From assembly GCA_021650915.1 (NCBI GenBank), contig CP091279.1, positions 390,001 through 422,000 of the forward strand: DNA of 32,000 bases, given 5' to 3'. Each line of letters starts with the position of its first letter. Positions within the stretch are counted from its first letter, which is position 1. Below the pieces are notes generated by a model that worked only from the letters and a program-made list of their open reading frames with translations, was not told where the DNA came from and did not search any database. The stretch is from Candidatus Brocadia sp. (lineage in GTDB: Bacteria; Planctomycetota; Brocadiia; Brocadiales; Brocadiaceae). The position numbers were made by a program, and so were the translations under genes. Shown one piece after another: positions 1-7,744 of this stretch.

Positions 1-105
1 CGCCCTCAGTATCGGTGGTAGCTCATCTCGACTCTTTATTGGCAGTTTTACCCCTGAAATGGGTATGATGCCAAGCTTCAATTGCTGCTCAAATCTCTTT
101 CTCAT
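1..105 (-). CDS. 5' end (35 codons) of a leftward gene that runs off the window; N-terminus resembles ISNCY/IS4-superfamily DDE transposases (recollection only)
   Basis: Hand translation of the reverse complement from the ATG (plus-strand 'cat' at 103-105) gives MRKRFEQQLKLGIIPISGVKLPIKSRDELPPILRA. It is open to position 1, with an in-frame stop two codons upstream. I remember the KSRDELPP(I/V)L motif from N-termini of ISNCY-type transposases, but cannot verify this here. Confidence 0.3.
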   Translation of the reverse strand, partial: MRKRFEQQLKLGIIPISGVKLPIKSRDELPPILRA

Positions 106-385
106 CTTCTATCGAATGTCCTTTGGCTAGTGGGTTAATGAACCGAATATTTGGACTCTTTATACCCAGAATCCCTTCATTTTCGCCATATTTTACCCTT
201 TTACCCGAAAAAATTCAATGACTTTCATGAACATTTTTCACCAGCTTCTCCTTACTTTACAGGGCTCTGGGGGGTTTCCGTTCAAACACTAATTATATCG
301 CGCCGCAAAACAGTATTTATATGTTTCGTTATTAATATGTCTCTACGCTAGCTTTTTAAGGAATGTCAGACCCGGTGTGTGGTCG

Positions 386-1195
386 TCAATTTGTAAAGGT
401 TGCCTGGATGATCTTGAGTATCTCATGCTGAATTCCCTTCGTACCAGCGACGATATTGCCGGTTTTTAAATAACGGCTACCACCCTTGAAGTCTGTGACC
501 ACACCGCCCGCTTCTGTCACCAGAAGCGCACCCGCAGCTACGTCCCATGGCGAGAGGGCGCATTCGAAAAAACCGCCAAAGATCCCCTCTGCGGTATAAG
601 CCAGGTCAAGGCAGGCGGAACCTCCCCTCCTGATGCCACGGGCGCGCAGAAAACAATCTTTTAATACCCTGAGGTAGGAATCGATAATGTCTTTTATCCG
701 AAAGGGAAAGCCCGTTGCGATCAGGGCAGAAGCCATGGTTTCCGCGCGGGAGACATGGATACGGTTGTTGTTTTTAAAAGAGCCTTGTTCCCGTATTGCA
801 GAATAGATATTTTCTCTCAGCGGTTCGTAGATAAGACCCATTGCGAGATTCCCCTCGATCTCTAAGGCGATGGAAACGGCAAAACCCGGCAGACCGTGAA
901 TATAGTTCATAGTGCCATCCAGGGGGTCTATGATCCACAAAAATTCAGACGAATTTCTTTCTGCCAGGGATTCTTCCGCCAGGATGTCATGGTTCTTGAA
1001 ATGAGACTTGATGTAACTTTTAATGATGTCTTCAGATTTTTTGTCTACATCAGTGACGTAATCGTTTTTGGCCTTTTCATTGATCATGGAAGCGCTTACC
1101 TTTCCGAAGTGCTCTTTTAAAATAACCCCTGCCTTCAGGGCGGCCTCGCGCGCAATATTACAATAGTTCTGTAAATCGTGTGGAGTTGTTTGCAT
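386..1195 (-). CDS. suhB: Inositol monophosphatase family protein (SuhB/IMPase-like)
   Basis: The ORF-track protein carries the IMPase signature WIIDPLDGTMNYIHGLPGFAVSIAL and a C-terminal WDVAAGALLVTEAGG. The track starts at TTG 1219 with no SD. I prefer ATG 1195 (MQTTPHDL...), which has ggaaggaaag upstream. Confidence 0.85.
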   Translation of the reverse strand: MQTTPHDLQNYCNIAREAALKAGVILKEHFGKVSASMINEKAKNDYVTDVDKKSEDIIKSYIKSHFKNHDILAEESLAERNSSEFLWIIDPLDGTMNYIHGLPGFAVSIALEIEGNLAMGLIYEPLRENIYSAIREQGSFKNNNRIHVSRAETMASALIATGFPFRIKDIIDSYLRVLKDCFLRARGIRRGGSACLDLAYTAEGIFGGFFECALSPWDVAAGALLVTEAGGVVTDFKGGSRYLKTGNIVAGTKGIQHEILKIIQATFTN

Positions 1196-1223
1196 GAGTG
1201 GGATTCTTTCCTTCCGCAAGAGC

Positions 1224-2129
1224 CTACAACAGATTTTGTCCCGTCAGGGCTTTGTAGGCATTGAGGTATTTTTCTGAAGTCTTTTGGATAATTTCGGGTG
1301 GGAGCGTTGGTGCCGGTGGTTTCTTGTCCCAATGGACGCTCTCAAGGTAGTCACGGATAAACTGTTTGTCATAAGAGTGCTGGGGTTTTCCCGGCACATA
1401 GCCGTCTTGTGGCCAAAAGCGTGAGGAATCTGGCGTAAGCGCCTCGTCGATGAGTATCGTTGTATTCTTCTCTGTAATACCCCATTCAAACTTGGTGTCG
1501 CAGATAATAATGCCCCGGTCAAGCGCATAGTCGCGGGCGAGGAGATACAGTTTCATGCTTTTTTCTTTCAATTCTTCGGCGAGATTTTTACCAATCATGT
1601 CGGTAACTTTTGAAAAAGTGATATTTTCATCGTGTCCAATGGTCGCCTTCGTGGATGGAGTAAAGATAGGCTCAGGAAGCGGATCCGATTCTTTGAGCCC
1701 CGCCGGCAGTTTTATGCCACAAATGGAATGGGTTTTTTGGTACTCCTTCCATCCGGAGCCTGCCAGATAACCGCGAACGACACACTCTACGGGAATGACC
1801 TTCACTTTCTTTACCAGCATAGCCCTGCCTGCCAGGATGTCTTTGTGCCGCGATATTACCGGGTTGCCCATTTGTTCTATGTGAGTGGTAATCAAGTGGT
1901 TTTCTATGATACGAGAGGTATAGTTGAACCAGAATTCAGAGAGTCCGGTAAGTACCTGTCCTTTGTAAGGAATGCCGCTGGGCAGGATAACATCAAAGGC
2001 CGAGATGCGGTCTGTTGCCACAATGAGTAAGGTATTATTGATTTCATAGATATCCCGGACTTTACCGCGGTTGCATAAAGTGAGGTCTGGAATGTTTGTC
2101 GTAAGGAGTGGGGTAATTTTATGCTTCAT
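1224..2129 (-). CDS. purC: Phosphoribosylaminoimidazole-succinocarboxamide (SAICAR) synthase
   Basis: 301-aa ORF with PurC motifs: GKVRDIY near the N-terminus, ATDRISAFD, and CDTKFEWG. Confidence 0.92.
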   Translation of the reverse strand: MKHKITPLLTTNIPDLTLCNRGKVRDIYEINNTLLIVATDRISAFDVILPSGIPYKGQVLTGLSEFWFNYTSRIIENHLITTHIEQMGNPVISRHKDILAGRAMLVKKVKVIPVECVVRGYLAGSGWKEYQKTHSICGIKLPAGLKESDPLPEPIFTPSTKATIGHDENITFSKVTDMIGKNLAEELKEKSMKLYLLARDYALDRGIIICDTKFEWGITEKNTTILIDEALTPDSSRFWPQDGYVPGKPQHSYDKQFIRDYLESVHWDKKPPAPTLPPEIIQKTSEKYLNAYKALTGQNLL

Positions 2130-2131
2130 GG

Positions 2132-2953
2132 TTATAAGGCAAAATCTGGGATATGTTGCTTGAGTTTTGTCTTGAGTTTGTGAGCGCCCTGGAGGTTCGG
2201 TTTTAATGACAAGGCAATATTGAGGTGCCGTAGGGCATTTTCATATGCCTTTAATGTGAGGTAACACTCGGCTATCTTTTTATGAATAAAGGCATTTTCA
2301 TTTTTATATAGTTTGAGTCTGAGCACCTTTTCATAATAACCCAGGGCTTTTTCGGGAGCAGCGCGGCGTGCCAGATGCCGGCAATAGATGTTTCTTATGC
2401 GTTCTTTCACCTCGTGGAGCAAGTGACTGCGGTGGGTATTGCCTTTGCCCTTTTCAAGGATAAATTCGTAAAGGCTGATGGCCATATCGAATTTATCGAG
2501 TTTTTCATACGCCTCGGCGAGGAGAAAGAGGCAGTCAATAGAGTCGCGTTTGTTTAATGATGAAAAAAAATCAACACCGGCGTAATCTTTTAAGAGACGT
2601 TCATGATTTTTAATGGCGTGGTGTATATGACCGTTTAAAAGGTCTGTGAAAATGGTGCGGACGTGTTCCTGAACAGCACCCGTTGCTGCGGTTGTTTCGG
2701 TTTTTTCCCGTGGTTTGTGCTTGCTGTAGGTATATAAGAGATGCTTGTAGCGCTTGTCGTAGTGTTCACGTGATGTGGAGTTGGAAAGGGTTTTATATGC
2801 CTGGATAATAGTCTTTGTTTTGGATTCAGCCCAAAGCTTGTTTTGACCGTGGATATCCGGATGATATTTTTTAATAAGGGTTCTGAACGAACGTTTTAGT
2901 TCGTCGGTACTTACCTCATAATGCACTTCAAGAATATCGTAGTAATTTATCAT
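2132..2953 (-). CDS. J-domain (DnaJ-like) protein with TPR-like C-terminal repeats
   Basis: The N-terminus YYDILEV...[15 protein letters not shown] contains the HPD tripeptide of J domains. The C-terminal half has helical repeat character ([25 protein letters not shown]). Its stop abuts the purC start. Confidence 0.75.
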   Translation of the reverse strand: MINYYDILEVHYEVSTDELKRSFRTLIKKYHPDIHGQNKLWAESKTKTIIQAYKTLSNSTSREHYDKRYKHLLYTYSKHKPREKTETTAATGAVQEHVRTIFTDLLNGHIHHAIKNHERLLKDYAGVDFFSSLNKRDSIDCLFLLAEAYEKLDKFDMAISLYEFILEKGKGNTHRSHLLHEVKERIRNIYCRHLARRAAPEKALGYYEKVLRLKLYKNENAFIHKKIAECYLTLKAYENALRHLNIALSLKPNLQGAHKLKTKLKQHIPDFAL

Positions 2954-3020
2954 AGGGAAAACGTGAATAACCTATTTGGAGATTATCTGCGTGATACGGC
3001 CAAAAACCAAGTCAGGAAAA

Positions 3021-3049
3021 ATATTAACAGCTATCTTGTAGCCTGTCAA
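3021..3049 (-). promoter_or_regulatory. Sigma70-type promoter for the J-domain/purC/suhB operon
   Basis: On the minus strand: TTGACA (3049-3044), a 17-nt spacer, then TAATAT (3026-3021). It lies about 60 nt upstream of the ATG at 2953, in the 128-nt gap after the permease gene. Confidence 0.55.
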
Positions 3050-3081
3050 TAGTATCTTATGAAAAGGGAAAAGGGCGGTGG

Positions 3082-4344
3082 TCATTCATAGCGCAATGTT
3101 ACGACGGGGTCTAACCGCGCAGCCCGCAACGCCGGGTAGATGCTAAATACCACGCTGCTTACGACGGCAATGACTGCGGTGATAAGAATGCTCGTCGGAC
3201 TTACTACGGTGGGTATCTGGTTAAAATAGTAGACCTCCGGCGGAAATGGCCTCCAGCCGGTAGTATTATATAATACGTTTTCCAGCCAGTTAATCCGTAG
3301 CGCAATCGACAGGCCTGCAGCGACTCCGAGGCATGCACCCATGCTGCCAATAAGCAGGCCGTGCAAGAGGAAGATGGACATGACTCCCTGGGTGGTTGTG
3401 CCGAGCGCCTTGAGGATGCCGATGTCTTTGGATTTTTCGAGGACAATCATAGTGAGGATTGCAAGGATGTTGAATCCGGCAACCACCAGGATGAAGAACA
3501 GGATGAGCGCCATTACACGCCTTTCCATCATTACAGCAGTTAAAAAGGTCTTTCTCGCGTCTTCCCAGGTTTGAACATAATATTCAAGACCCAATGCGGC
3601 CTGCAGTTGGTCCCGCACCTCGTTTGCAAAGCGATAATCATCTAATTTAACGCTTATGCCGGAGACGGCATTTTTTTCCCTTGAGCCGGTTAATTCCTGC
3701 GCTACCGCAAGGGGGATGTACACGTAATTCTTATCGAAATCATACATGCCAGATCTGAATTTCCCGACGACTGCAAACGCCTTTACGCTGATCTTATCCC
3801 ATTCTTTTAAGGTGACGAGCACGATCTGTTCGCCGTTTTGAATAAAGCTTCCCGTATCTTTTTCCGGTTCACCCGGTCCAAGCCTGAATAATTCTGAACC
3901 GCCAAAGACGCTGGCAGTTTTTTTTTCGCCATGGACTTGCAATAAGTCCTCCGGTTGGTTTCCAAAGGGGGCGATATAAGACCGAAAATCGCTCACGTCT
4001 GATTCTGCGTGAGGGTCTATCCCTTTAAAGTAGACAAACTCCCTTCGGTTTCTCAATTTGATAAGCGCTGGCCCTTCTATATAGGGAGCACACGCAACAA
4101 CGTGGTCAAAGCTTTTAACCTTTTCCATGACGTGTTGGTGATCTTCAAGCCCGTACATCCCGCCCTTCAAGATAATAATATGTGCCAGCGTGCCCCTTAT
4201 CCTGCTCCGGAGTTCCTGGTCAAAGCCGTTCATGACGGAGAGCACGACGATTAGGGTCATTACCCCCACGGCCACTCCGGCGATGGCGAAAAACGAGATC
4301 TTCCTGCTGCGGAGATATCGCAGGCTAATGAAGAGTTTGTACAT
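3082..4344 (-). CDS. LolC/LolE-family (FtsX-like) ABC transporter permease, lipoprotein-release type
   Basis: 420 aa. The N-terminus FISLRYLRSRK... followed by a TM segment and MNGFDQELRSRI is typical of LolC/E. There is a large periplasmic loop and a C-terminal FtsX-type 3-TM bundle ending PALRAARLDPVVTLRYE. Confidence 0.88.
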   Translation of the reverse strand: MYKLFISLRYLRSRKISFFAIAGVAVGVMTLIVVLSVMNGFDQELRSRIRGTLAHIIILKGGMYGLEDHQHVMEKVKSFDHVVACAPYIEGPALIKLRNRREFVYFKGIDPHAESDVSDFRSYIAPFGNQPEDLLQVHGEKKTASVFGGSELFRLGPGEPEKDTGSFIQNGEQIVLVTLKEWDKISVKAFAVVGKFRSGMYDFDKNYVYIPLAVAQELTGSREKNAVSGISVKLDDYRFANEVRDQLQAALGLEYYVQTWEDARKTFLTAVMMERRVMALILFFILVVAGFNILAILTMIVLEKSKDIGILKALGTTTQGVMSIFLLHGLLIGSMGACLGVAAGLSIALRINWLENVLYNTTGWRPFPPEVYYFNQIPTVVSPTSILITAVIAVVSSVVFSIYPALRAARLDPVVTLRYE

Positions 4345-4358
4345 AGAGAGGATTTACA

Positions 4359-4387
4359 TTGTTATTTTTCATGGTTAAATATATAAT
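4359..4387 (+). promoter_or_regulatory. Candidate sigma70-type promoter for aroC
   Basis: TTGTTA (4359-4364), a 17-nt spacer, then a perfect TATAAT (4382-4387), in the divergent intergenic region about 70 nt upstream of ATG 4458. Confidence 0.4.
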
Positions 4388-4457
4388 CACGCAATTCTAG
4401 CATATCGAAATTATTTTAAGCAATGAAATAATACGTTTATTGTTTTGGAGACGACGG

Positions 4458-5600
4458 ATGCTGTACTTTAAAACTGCCGGTGAATCCCACGGGAAATGTC
4501 TGATTGCGATCATAGAGGGATTTCCTGCAGGGGTATTCATTGATACACCGGTAATCAATGATGAGTTGAAACGAAGACAGGGGGGGATGGGCAGGGGCGG
4601 GAGGATGCAGATCGAGGATGACAGCGTGGAAATTCTTTGTGGAATCAGAAAAAATACAACCATAGGGAGTCCCCTTTGTTTAATGATCAAAAACCGCGAT
4701 CATAAAATTGATGAGTTGCCGGCTGTTATTCGTCCCAGGCCTGGTCATGCCGATTTATCGGGTGTTATCAAATATCATGAGCAGGATGCGCGCAATATAT
4801 TGGAACGGGCAAGCGCAAGGGAAACTGCCGCACGCGTGGCCGCCGGAGCGGTGGCAAAGATATTGCTGGCTTCCTTTGGAATTGTGGTGTTTGGGTATGT
4901 ACAGGGAATCGGAGGAATAACGTCAGATAAATTTCTTCACCGGAAAGATCTGGATGTCGCAAGGGCCATACGCGATAAAAGTCCTCTCTATTGCATCGAT
5001 CAGGGAATCGAAGACAAAATCGTGGAAAAGATCAGACAAACGGCAGAAAAGGGAGATTCTCTCGGAGGCGTTATTGAGGTGATTACGTATGGATTGCCGG
5101 TAGGCTTAGGAAGCCACACTCAGTGGGATCTGAAATTGGATGCTCGGCTTGCCTATGCAGTGATGTCTATTCAGGCTATCAAGGGCGTAGAGCTGGGCAT
5201 GGGCTGTAACGCAGCCAAGAGATTCGGTTCGGAGGTGCATGACGAAATTTTTTATGAAAAGCCTCGGCAGAATAAGCCGGTAACGGGCGGATTTAGAAGG
5301 CGGACCAATAACGCAGGAGGGATAGAAGGAGGTATCAGCAATGGAGAGCCGGTTGTGGTGCGGGCATACATGAAACCTATCCCAACCTTGAAAAAACCAT
5401 TGCGATCCGTGGATTTGCTGACCAAAGAACCGATTGCCGCTACGTATGAAAGATCTGATGTATGCGCTGTTCCCGCTGCCTCGGTTGTGTGCGAAGCCAT
5501 GGTTGCTTTTGAAATTGCCAGGGCATTTTTAGAGAAATTTGGAACCGACAGTATTGATGAGGTCAGGCGGAATTACGAAGGATACCTGTGCAATATTTGA
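4458..5600 (+). CDS. aroC: Chorismate synthase
   Basis: The protein has the AroC signature FKTAGESHG near the N-terminus and RPGHADL. The track ORF begins at TTG 4440. ATG 4458 ([12 protein letters not shown]) matches the usual AroC N-terminus. Confidence 0.93.
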   Translation: MLYFKTAGESHGKCLIAIIEGFPAGVFIDTPVINDELKRRQGGMGRGGRMQIEDDSVEILCGIRKNTTIGSPLCLMIKNRDHKIDELPAVIRPRPGHADLSGVIKYHEQDARNILERASARETAARVAAGAVAKILLASFGIVVFGYVQGIGGITSDKFLHRKDLDVARAIRDKSPLYCIDQGIEDKIVEKIRQTAEKGDSLGGVIEVITYGLPVGLGSHTQWDLKLDARLAYAVMSIQAIKGVELGMGCNAAKRFGSEVHDEIFYEKPRQNKPVTGGFRRRTNNAGGIEGGISNGEPVVVRAYMKPIPTLKKPLRSVDLLTKEPIAATYERSDVCAVPAASVVCEAMVAFEIARAFLEKFGTDSIDEVRRNYEGYLCNI

Positions 5601-5619
5601 TAATGACGGTAAATTTTCC

Positions 5620-5647
5620 TTGAATAATTGTAATGTTTTGATAATAT
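5620..5647 (+). promoter_or_regulatory. Candidate promoter for the tRNA-Thr/Tyr/Gly cluster
   Basis: TTGAAT (5620-5625), a 16-nt spacer, then TAATAT (5642-5647), ending 14 nt before the tRNA 5' end. Confidence 0.4.
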
Positions 5648-5661
5648 ATCTCCTTTTCTGA

Positions 5662-5736
5662 GCTAGCGTAGCTCAACGGCGGAGCAGCGGTTTTGTAAAC
5701 CGCAGGTTGTGGGTTCGAGTCCCACCGCTAGCTCCA
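5662..5736 (+). tRNA. tRNA-Thr (anticodon UGU), CCA encoded
   Basis: Hand-folded cloverleaf: acceptor GCTAGCG/CGCTAGC, D arm GCTC..GAGC, anticodon stem GCGGT/ACCGC with loop TT-TGT-AA, T arm GTGGG-TTCGAGT-CCCAC. 75 nt. Confidence 0.93.
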
Positions 5737-5772
5737 TAACGGTAGCTTTGGTATGCACAAGAAGGGCTTAAA

Positions 5773-5857
5773 GGGTGGATTCCCGAGTGGCCAAAGGGGA
5801 CAGACTGTAAATCTGTTGGCATAGCCTTCGGAGGTTCGAATCCTCCTCCACCCACCA
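5773..5857 (+). tRNA. tRNA-Tyr (anticodon GUA), type II with long variable arm, CCA encoded
   Basis: Acceptor GGGTGGA/TCCACCC, anticodon stem ACAGA/TCTGT with loop CT-GTA-AA, variable arm TGGCATAGCCTTC, T arm GGAGG-TTCGAAT-CCTCC. 85 nt. Confidence 0.92.
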
Positions 5858-5889
5858 TACTTAATCAAAGTTCTCATTCGTTCTGTTGT

Positions 5890-5960
5890 GCGGGCGTAGC
5901 TCAATGGTAGAGCCCTAGCCTTCCAAGCTAGTCATGTGGGTTCGATTCCCATCGCCCGCT
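5890..5960 (+). tRNA. tRNA-Gly (anticodon UCC), CCA not encoded
   Basis: Acceptor GCGGGCG/CGCCCGC, anticodon stem CTAGC/GCTAG with loop CT-TCC-AA, T arm GTGGG-TTCGATT-CCCAT. The discriminator T is followed by 'ctt'. Confidence 0.92.
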
Positions 5961-5999
5961 CTTGTTAAGCAGTTTTTCATAAAAAATATATATTTGTGT

Positions 6000-6028
6000 T
6001 TGACATTTGATTTGCTATTTGTTATATT
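6000..6028 (+). promoter_or_regulatory. Near-consensus sigma70-type promoter inside the tRNA cluster, upstream of tRNA-Thr(GGU)-tuf
   Basis: TTGACA (6000-6005), an exactly 17-nt spacer, then TATATT (6023-6028). An A/T-rich UP-like tract (cataaaaaatatatatttgtg) precedes it. It sits in an otherwise unexplained 141-nt gap. Confidence 0.6.
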
Positions 6029-6101
6029 TTTCGACTTCTCCGCTTAATGTAAGTAAGAATAAGGTGTGTCTGTCTTATACATGCGGTTTTCAAAAATCTT
6101 T

Positions 6102-6176
6102 GCTGCTGTAGCTCAGCGGTGGAGCACGTCCTTGGTAAGGACGAGGTCATGGGTTCAAATCCCATCAGCAGCTCCA
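6102..6176 (+). tRNA. tRNA-Thr (anticodon GGU), CCA encoded
   Basis: Acceptor GCTGCTG/CAGCAGC, anticodon stem CGTCC/GGACG with loop TT-GGT-AA, T arm ATGGG-TTCAAAT-CCCAT. 75 nt. Confidence 0.93.
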
Positions 6177-6242
6177 TAGAATATGAAATATTATAGCATT
6201 AAAATATAAATTGCACAGGGAAGAAATAGGGGGAGTTTGATA

Positions 6243-7452
6243 CGATGGGTAAAGAGGTATTTAAGCGAACGAAGCCGCATGTGAATGTGGGAACGATAGG
6301 GCATGTGGATCATGGTAAGACGACGTTGACGGCGGTAATAACGCATGTATTGGCGAAGCAGGGGTTGGCAAAGGAGAGGCCGTACGATTCGATAGACAAG
6401 GCGCCGGAGGAGAGGGAGAGAGGGATAACGATAGCGATATCCCATGTGGAGTATGAGACGCAGAAGAGGCATTATGCGCATGTTGATTGTCCTGGTCATG
6501 CGGATTATGTGAAGAACATGATAACGGGGGCTGCGCAGATGGACGGTGCGATATTGGTGGTGAGTGCGCCGGATGGTCCGATGCCGCAGACGCGGGAGCA
6601 TATACTTTTGGCGAGGCAGGTTGGTGTGCCGAGGATTGTGGTGTTTATGAACAAGGTGGATATGCTTGAAGACAAGGAGTTGCTGGATTTGGTGGAGATG
6701 GAGGTAAGGGAGTTGTTGAGCAAGTATAATTTTCCTGGTGACGAGATACCGGTGGTGAGGGGTTCTGCGCTTAAGGCGAATGAGTGTGGGTGTGGTAGTG
6801 CGACGTGCGCGAATTGCGGGCCGATATTGAAGTTGATGGAGGCAGTGGACGCGTATATACCTGATCCGGTGAGGGAGATAGACAAGCCGTTTTTGATGTC
6901 GGTGGAAGATGTGTTTAGTATTAAGGGTCGTGGCACGGTAGGGACGGGCAGGGTGGAGCGCGGTCGTGTGAAAGTGGGTGAAGAGGTGGATATCGTTGGG
7001 ATCAAGCCGGATGTGAAGAAGTCGGTGGTGACTGGGGTGGAGATGTTTAATAAGACGCTGGATGAGGGTCAGGCTGGCGATAATCTTGGGGTATTGTTGA
7101 GGGGTGTGGAGAAGGAGGATCTGGAGCGCGGTCAGGTGTTGGCAAAGCCTGGGAGTATAACGCCGCACAAGAAGTATGAGGCGGAGGCGTATATTCTGAC
7201 GAAGGAAGAGGGTGGTAGGCATACGCCGTTCTTTAATGGGTATCGGCCGCAGTTTTACTTCAGGACGACGGATGTGACGGGTGTGGTGAGTTTGACGGGT
7301 GGGGCGGAGATGGTGATGCCCGGTGATAATGTGAAGGTGAATGTTGAGTTGTTAACGGCGGTGGCGATGGATGAGGGGTTGAGGTTCGCCATTCGGGAAG
7401 GCGGAAAGACGGTTGGCGCTGGAGTCGTTACAAAAATTATTGAATAAAAACA
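6243..7452 (+). repeat. Copy 1 of a 1210-bp apparently perfect direct repeat (tuf CDS plus 2 nt upstream and 5 nt downstream)
   Basis: Translations in four frames are identical between the copies: EF-Tu, a 60-aa alternative plus frame, and two minus frames. Flanks compared by eye diverge at 6242 vs 22060 and at 7453 vs 23271. Confidence 0.9.
6245..7447 (+). CDS. tuf: Translation elongation factor Tu (copy 1, tufB-like context after tRNAs)
   Basis: 400 aa with canonical [14 protein letters not shown] and NKVD G-motifs, plus GRGTV and [10 protein letters not shown] gggggag lies 9 nt upstream. Confidence 0.98.
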   Translation: MGKEVFKRTKPHVNVGTIGHVDHGKTTLTAVITHVLAKQGLAKERPYDSIDKAPEERERGITIAISHVEYETQKRHYAHVDCPGHADYVKNMITGAAQMDGAILVVSAPDGPMPQTREHILLARQVGVPRIVVFMNKVDMLEDKELLDLVEMEVRELLSKYNFPGDEIPVVRGSALKANECGCGSATCANCGPILKLMEAVDAYIPDPVREIDKPFLMSVEDVFSIKGRGTVGTGRVERGRVKVGEEVDIVGIKPDVKKSVVTGVEMFNKTLDEGQAGDNLGVLLRGVEKEDLERGQVLAKPGSITPHKKYEAEAYILTKEEGGRHTPFFNGYRPQFYFRTTDVTGVVSLTGGAEMVMPGDNVKVNVELLTAVAMDEGLRFAIREGGKTVGAGVVTKIIE

Positions 7453-7465
7453 TTGGGAAAGTGCG

Positions 7466-7615
7466 ATGCGCGAATATGTGACTATGGTATGTAAGGAGTG
7501 TTCGAACAGAAATTATCGAACGCCAAAGAAAACGCAGCAAACGGAAAAGCTGGAGCTAATGAAGTTTTGCAGATCTTGTCGGAAGCACACGAGTCATAAG
7601 GAATACAAAAAATAA
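7466..7615 (+). CDS. rpmG: 50S ribosomal protein L33 (Cys-containing C+ form)
   Basis: Below the ORF-track size cutoff. Hand translation gives MREYVTMVCKECSNRNYRTPKKTQQTEKLELMKFCRSCRKHTSHKEYKK (49 aa), which fits the L33 pattern with CxxC...CxxC and occupies the expected position between tuf and tRNA-Trp/secE. Confidence 0.88.
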   Translation: MREYVTMVCKECSNRNYRTPKKTQQTEKLELMKFCRSCRKHTSHKEYKK

Positions 7616-7652
7616 GGTTGTGTTTGATATTATAAAGGTTTCTTGAAAATAA

Positions 7653-7729
7653 AGGTCTGTAGCTCTAATTGGTAGAGCACCGGACTCCAAATCCGGCTGT
7701 TGGGGGTTCGAGTCCCTCCAGACCTGCCA
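7653..7729 (+). tRNA. tRNA-Trp (anticodon CCA), CCA end encoded
   Basis: Acceptor AGGTCTG/CAGACCT, anticodon stem CCGGA/TCCGG with loop CT-CCA-AA, T arm GGGGG-TTCGAGT-CCCTC. 77 nt. Confidence 0.92.
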
Positions 7730-7744
7730 TATGTGGGATTTAAT

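Noticed and set aside
151-351. 66-aa plus-strand ORF in the left intergenic region
   Set aside because: It has no SD and no recognisable motif, it starts with a non-ATG codon, and it lies opposite to the local transcription direction. It is probably spurious.
5673-5858. 61-aa minus-strand ORF
   Set aside because: It lies entirely across tRNA-Thr and tRNA-Tyr, and the GGFEPP-type translation is the usual artefact of reading a tRNA T-arm.
6191-7222. 343-aa stop-free ORF antisense to tuf, in exact codon register. The twin lies at 22039-23040. There are also 166-aa minus-frame ORFs (6505-7005 and 22323-22823) and 60-aa alternative plus-frame ORFs.
   Set aside because: - The predicted proteins are low-complexity strings rich in His, Arg, Leu and Pro ([10 protein letters not shown]...).
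- This composition is exactly what the reverse complement of G-ending sense codons produces, since the antisense codons then start with C.
- The sense strand avoids TTA, CTA and TCA and is purine-rich, so antisense stop codons are simply rare.
- There is no SD or independent coding signal.
- These ORFs are a by-product of the tuf codon bias rather than a gene.
7700-7744. Upstream extension of the secE ORF (track start at 7700)
   Set aside because: It would begin inside tRNA-Trp (7653-7729). The first ATG after the tRNA, at 7745, is used instead.
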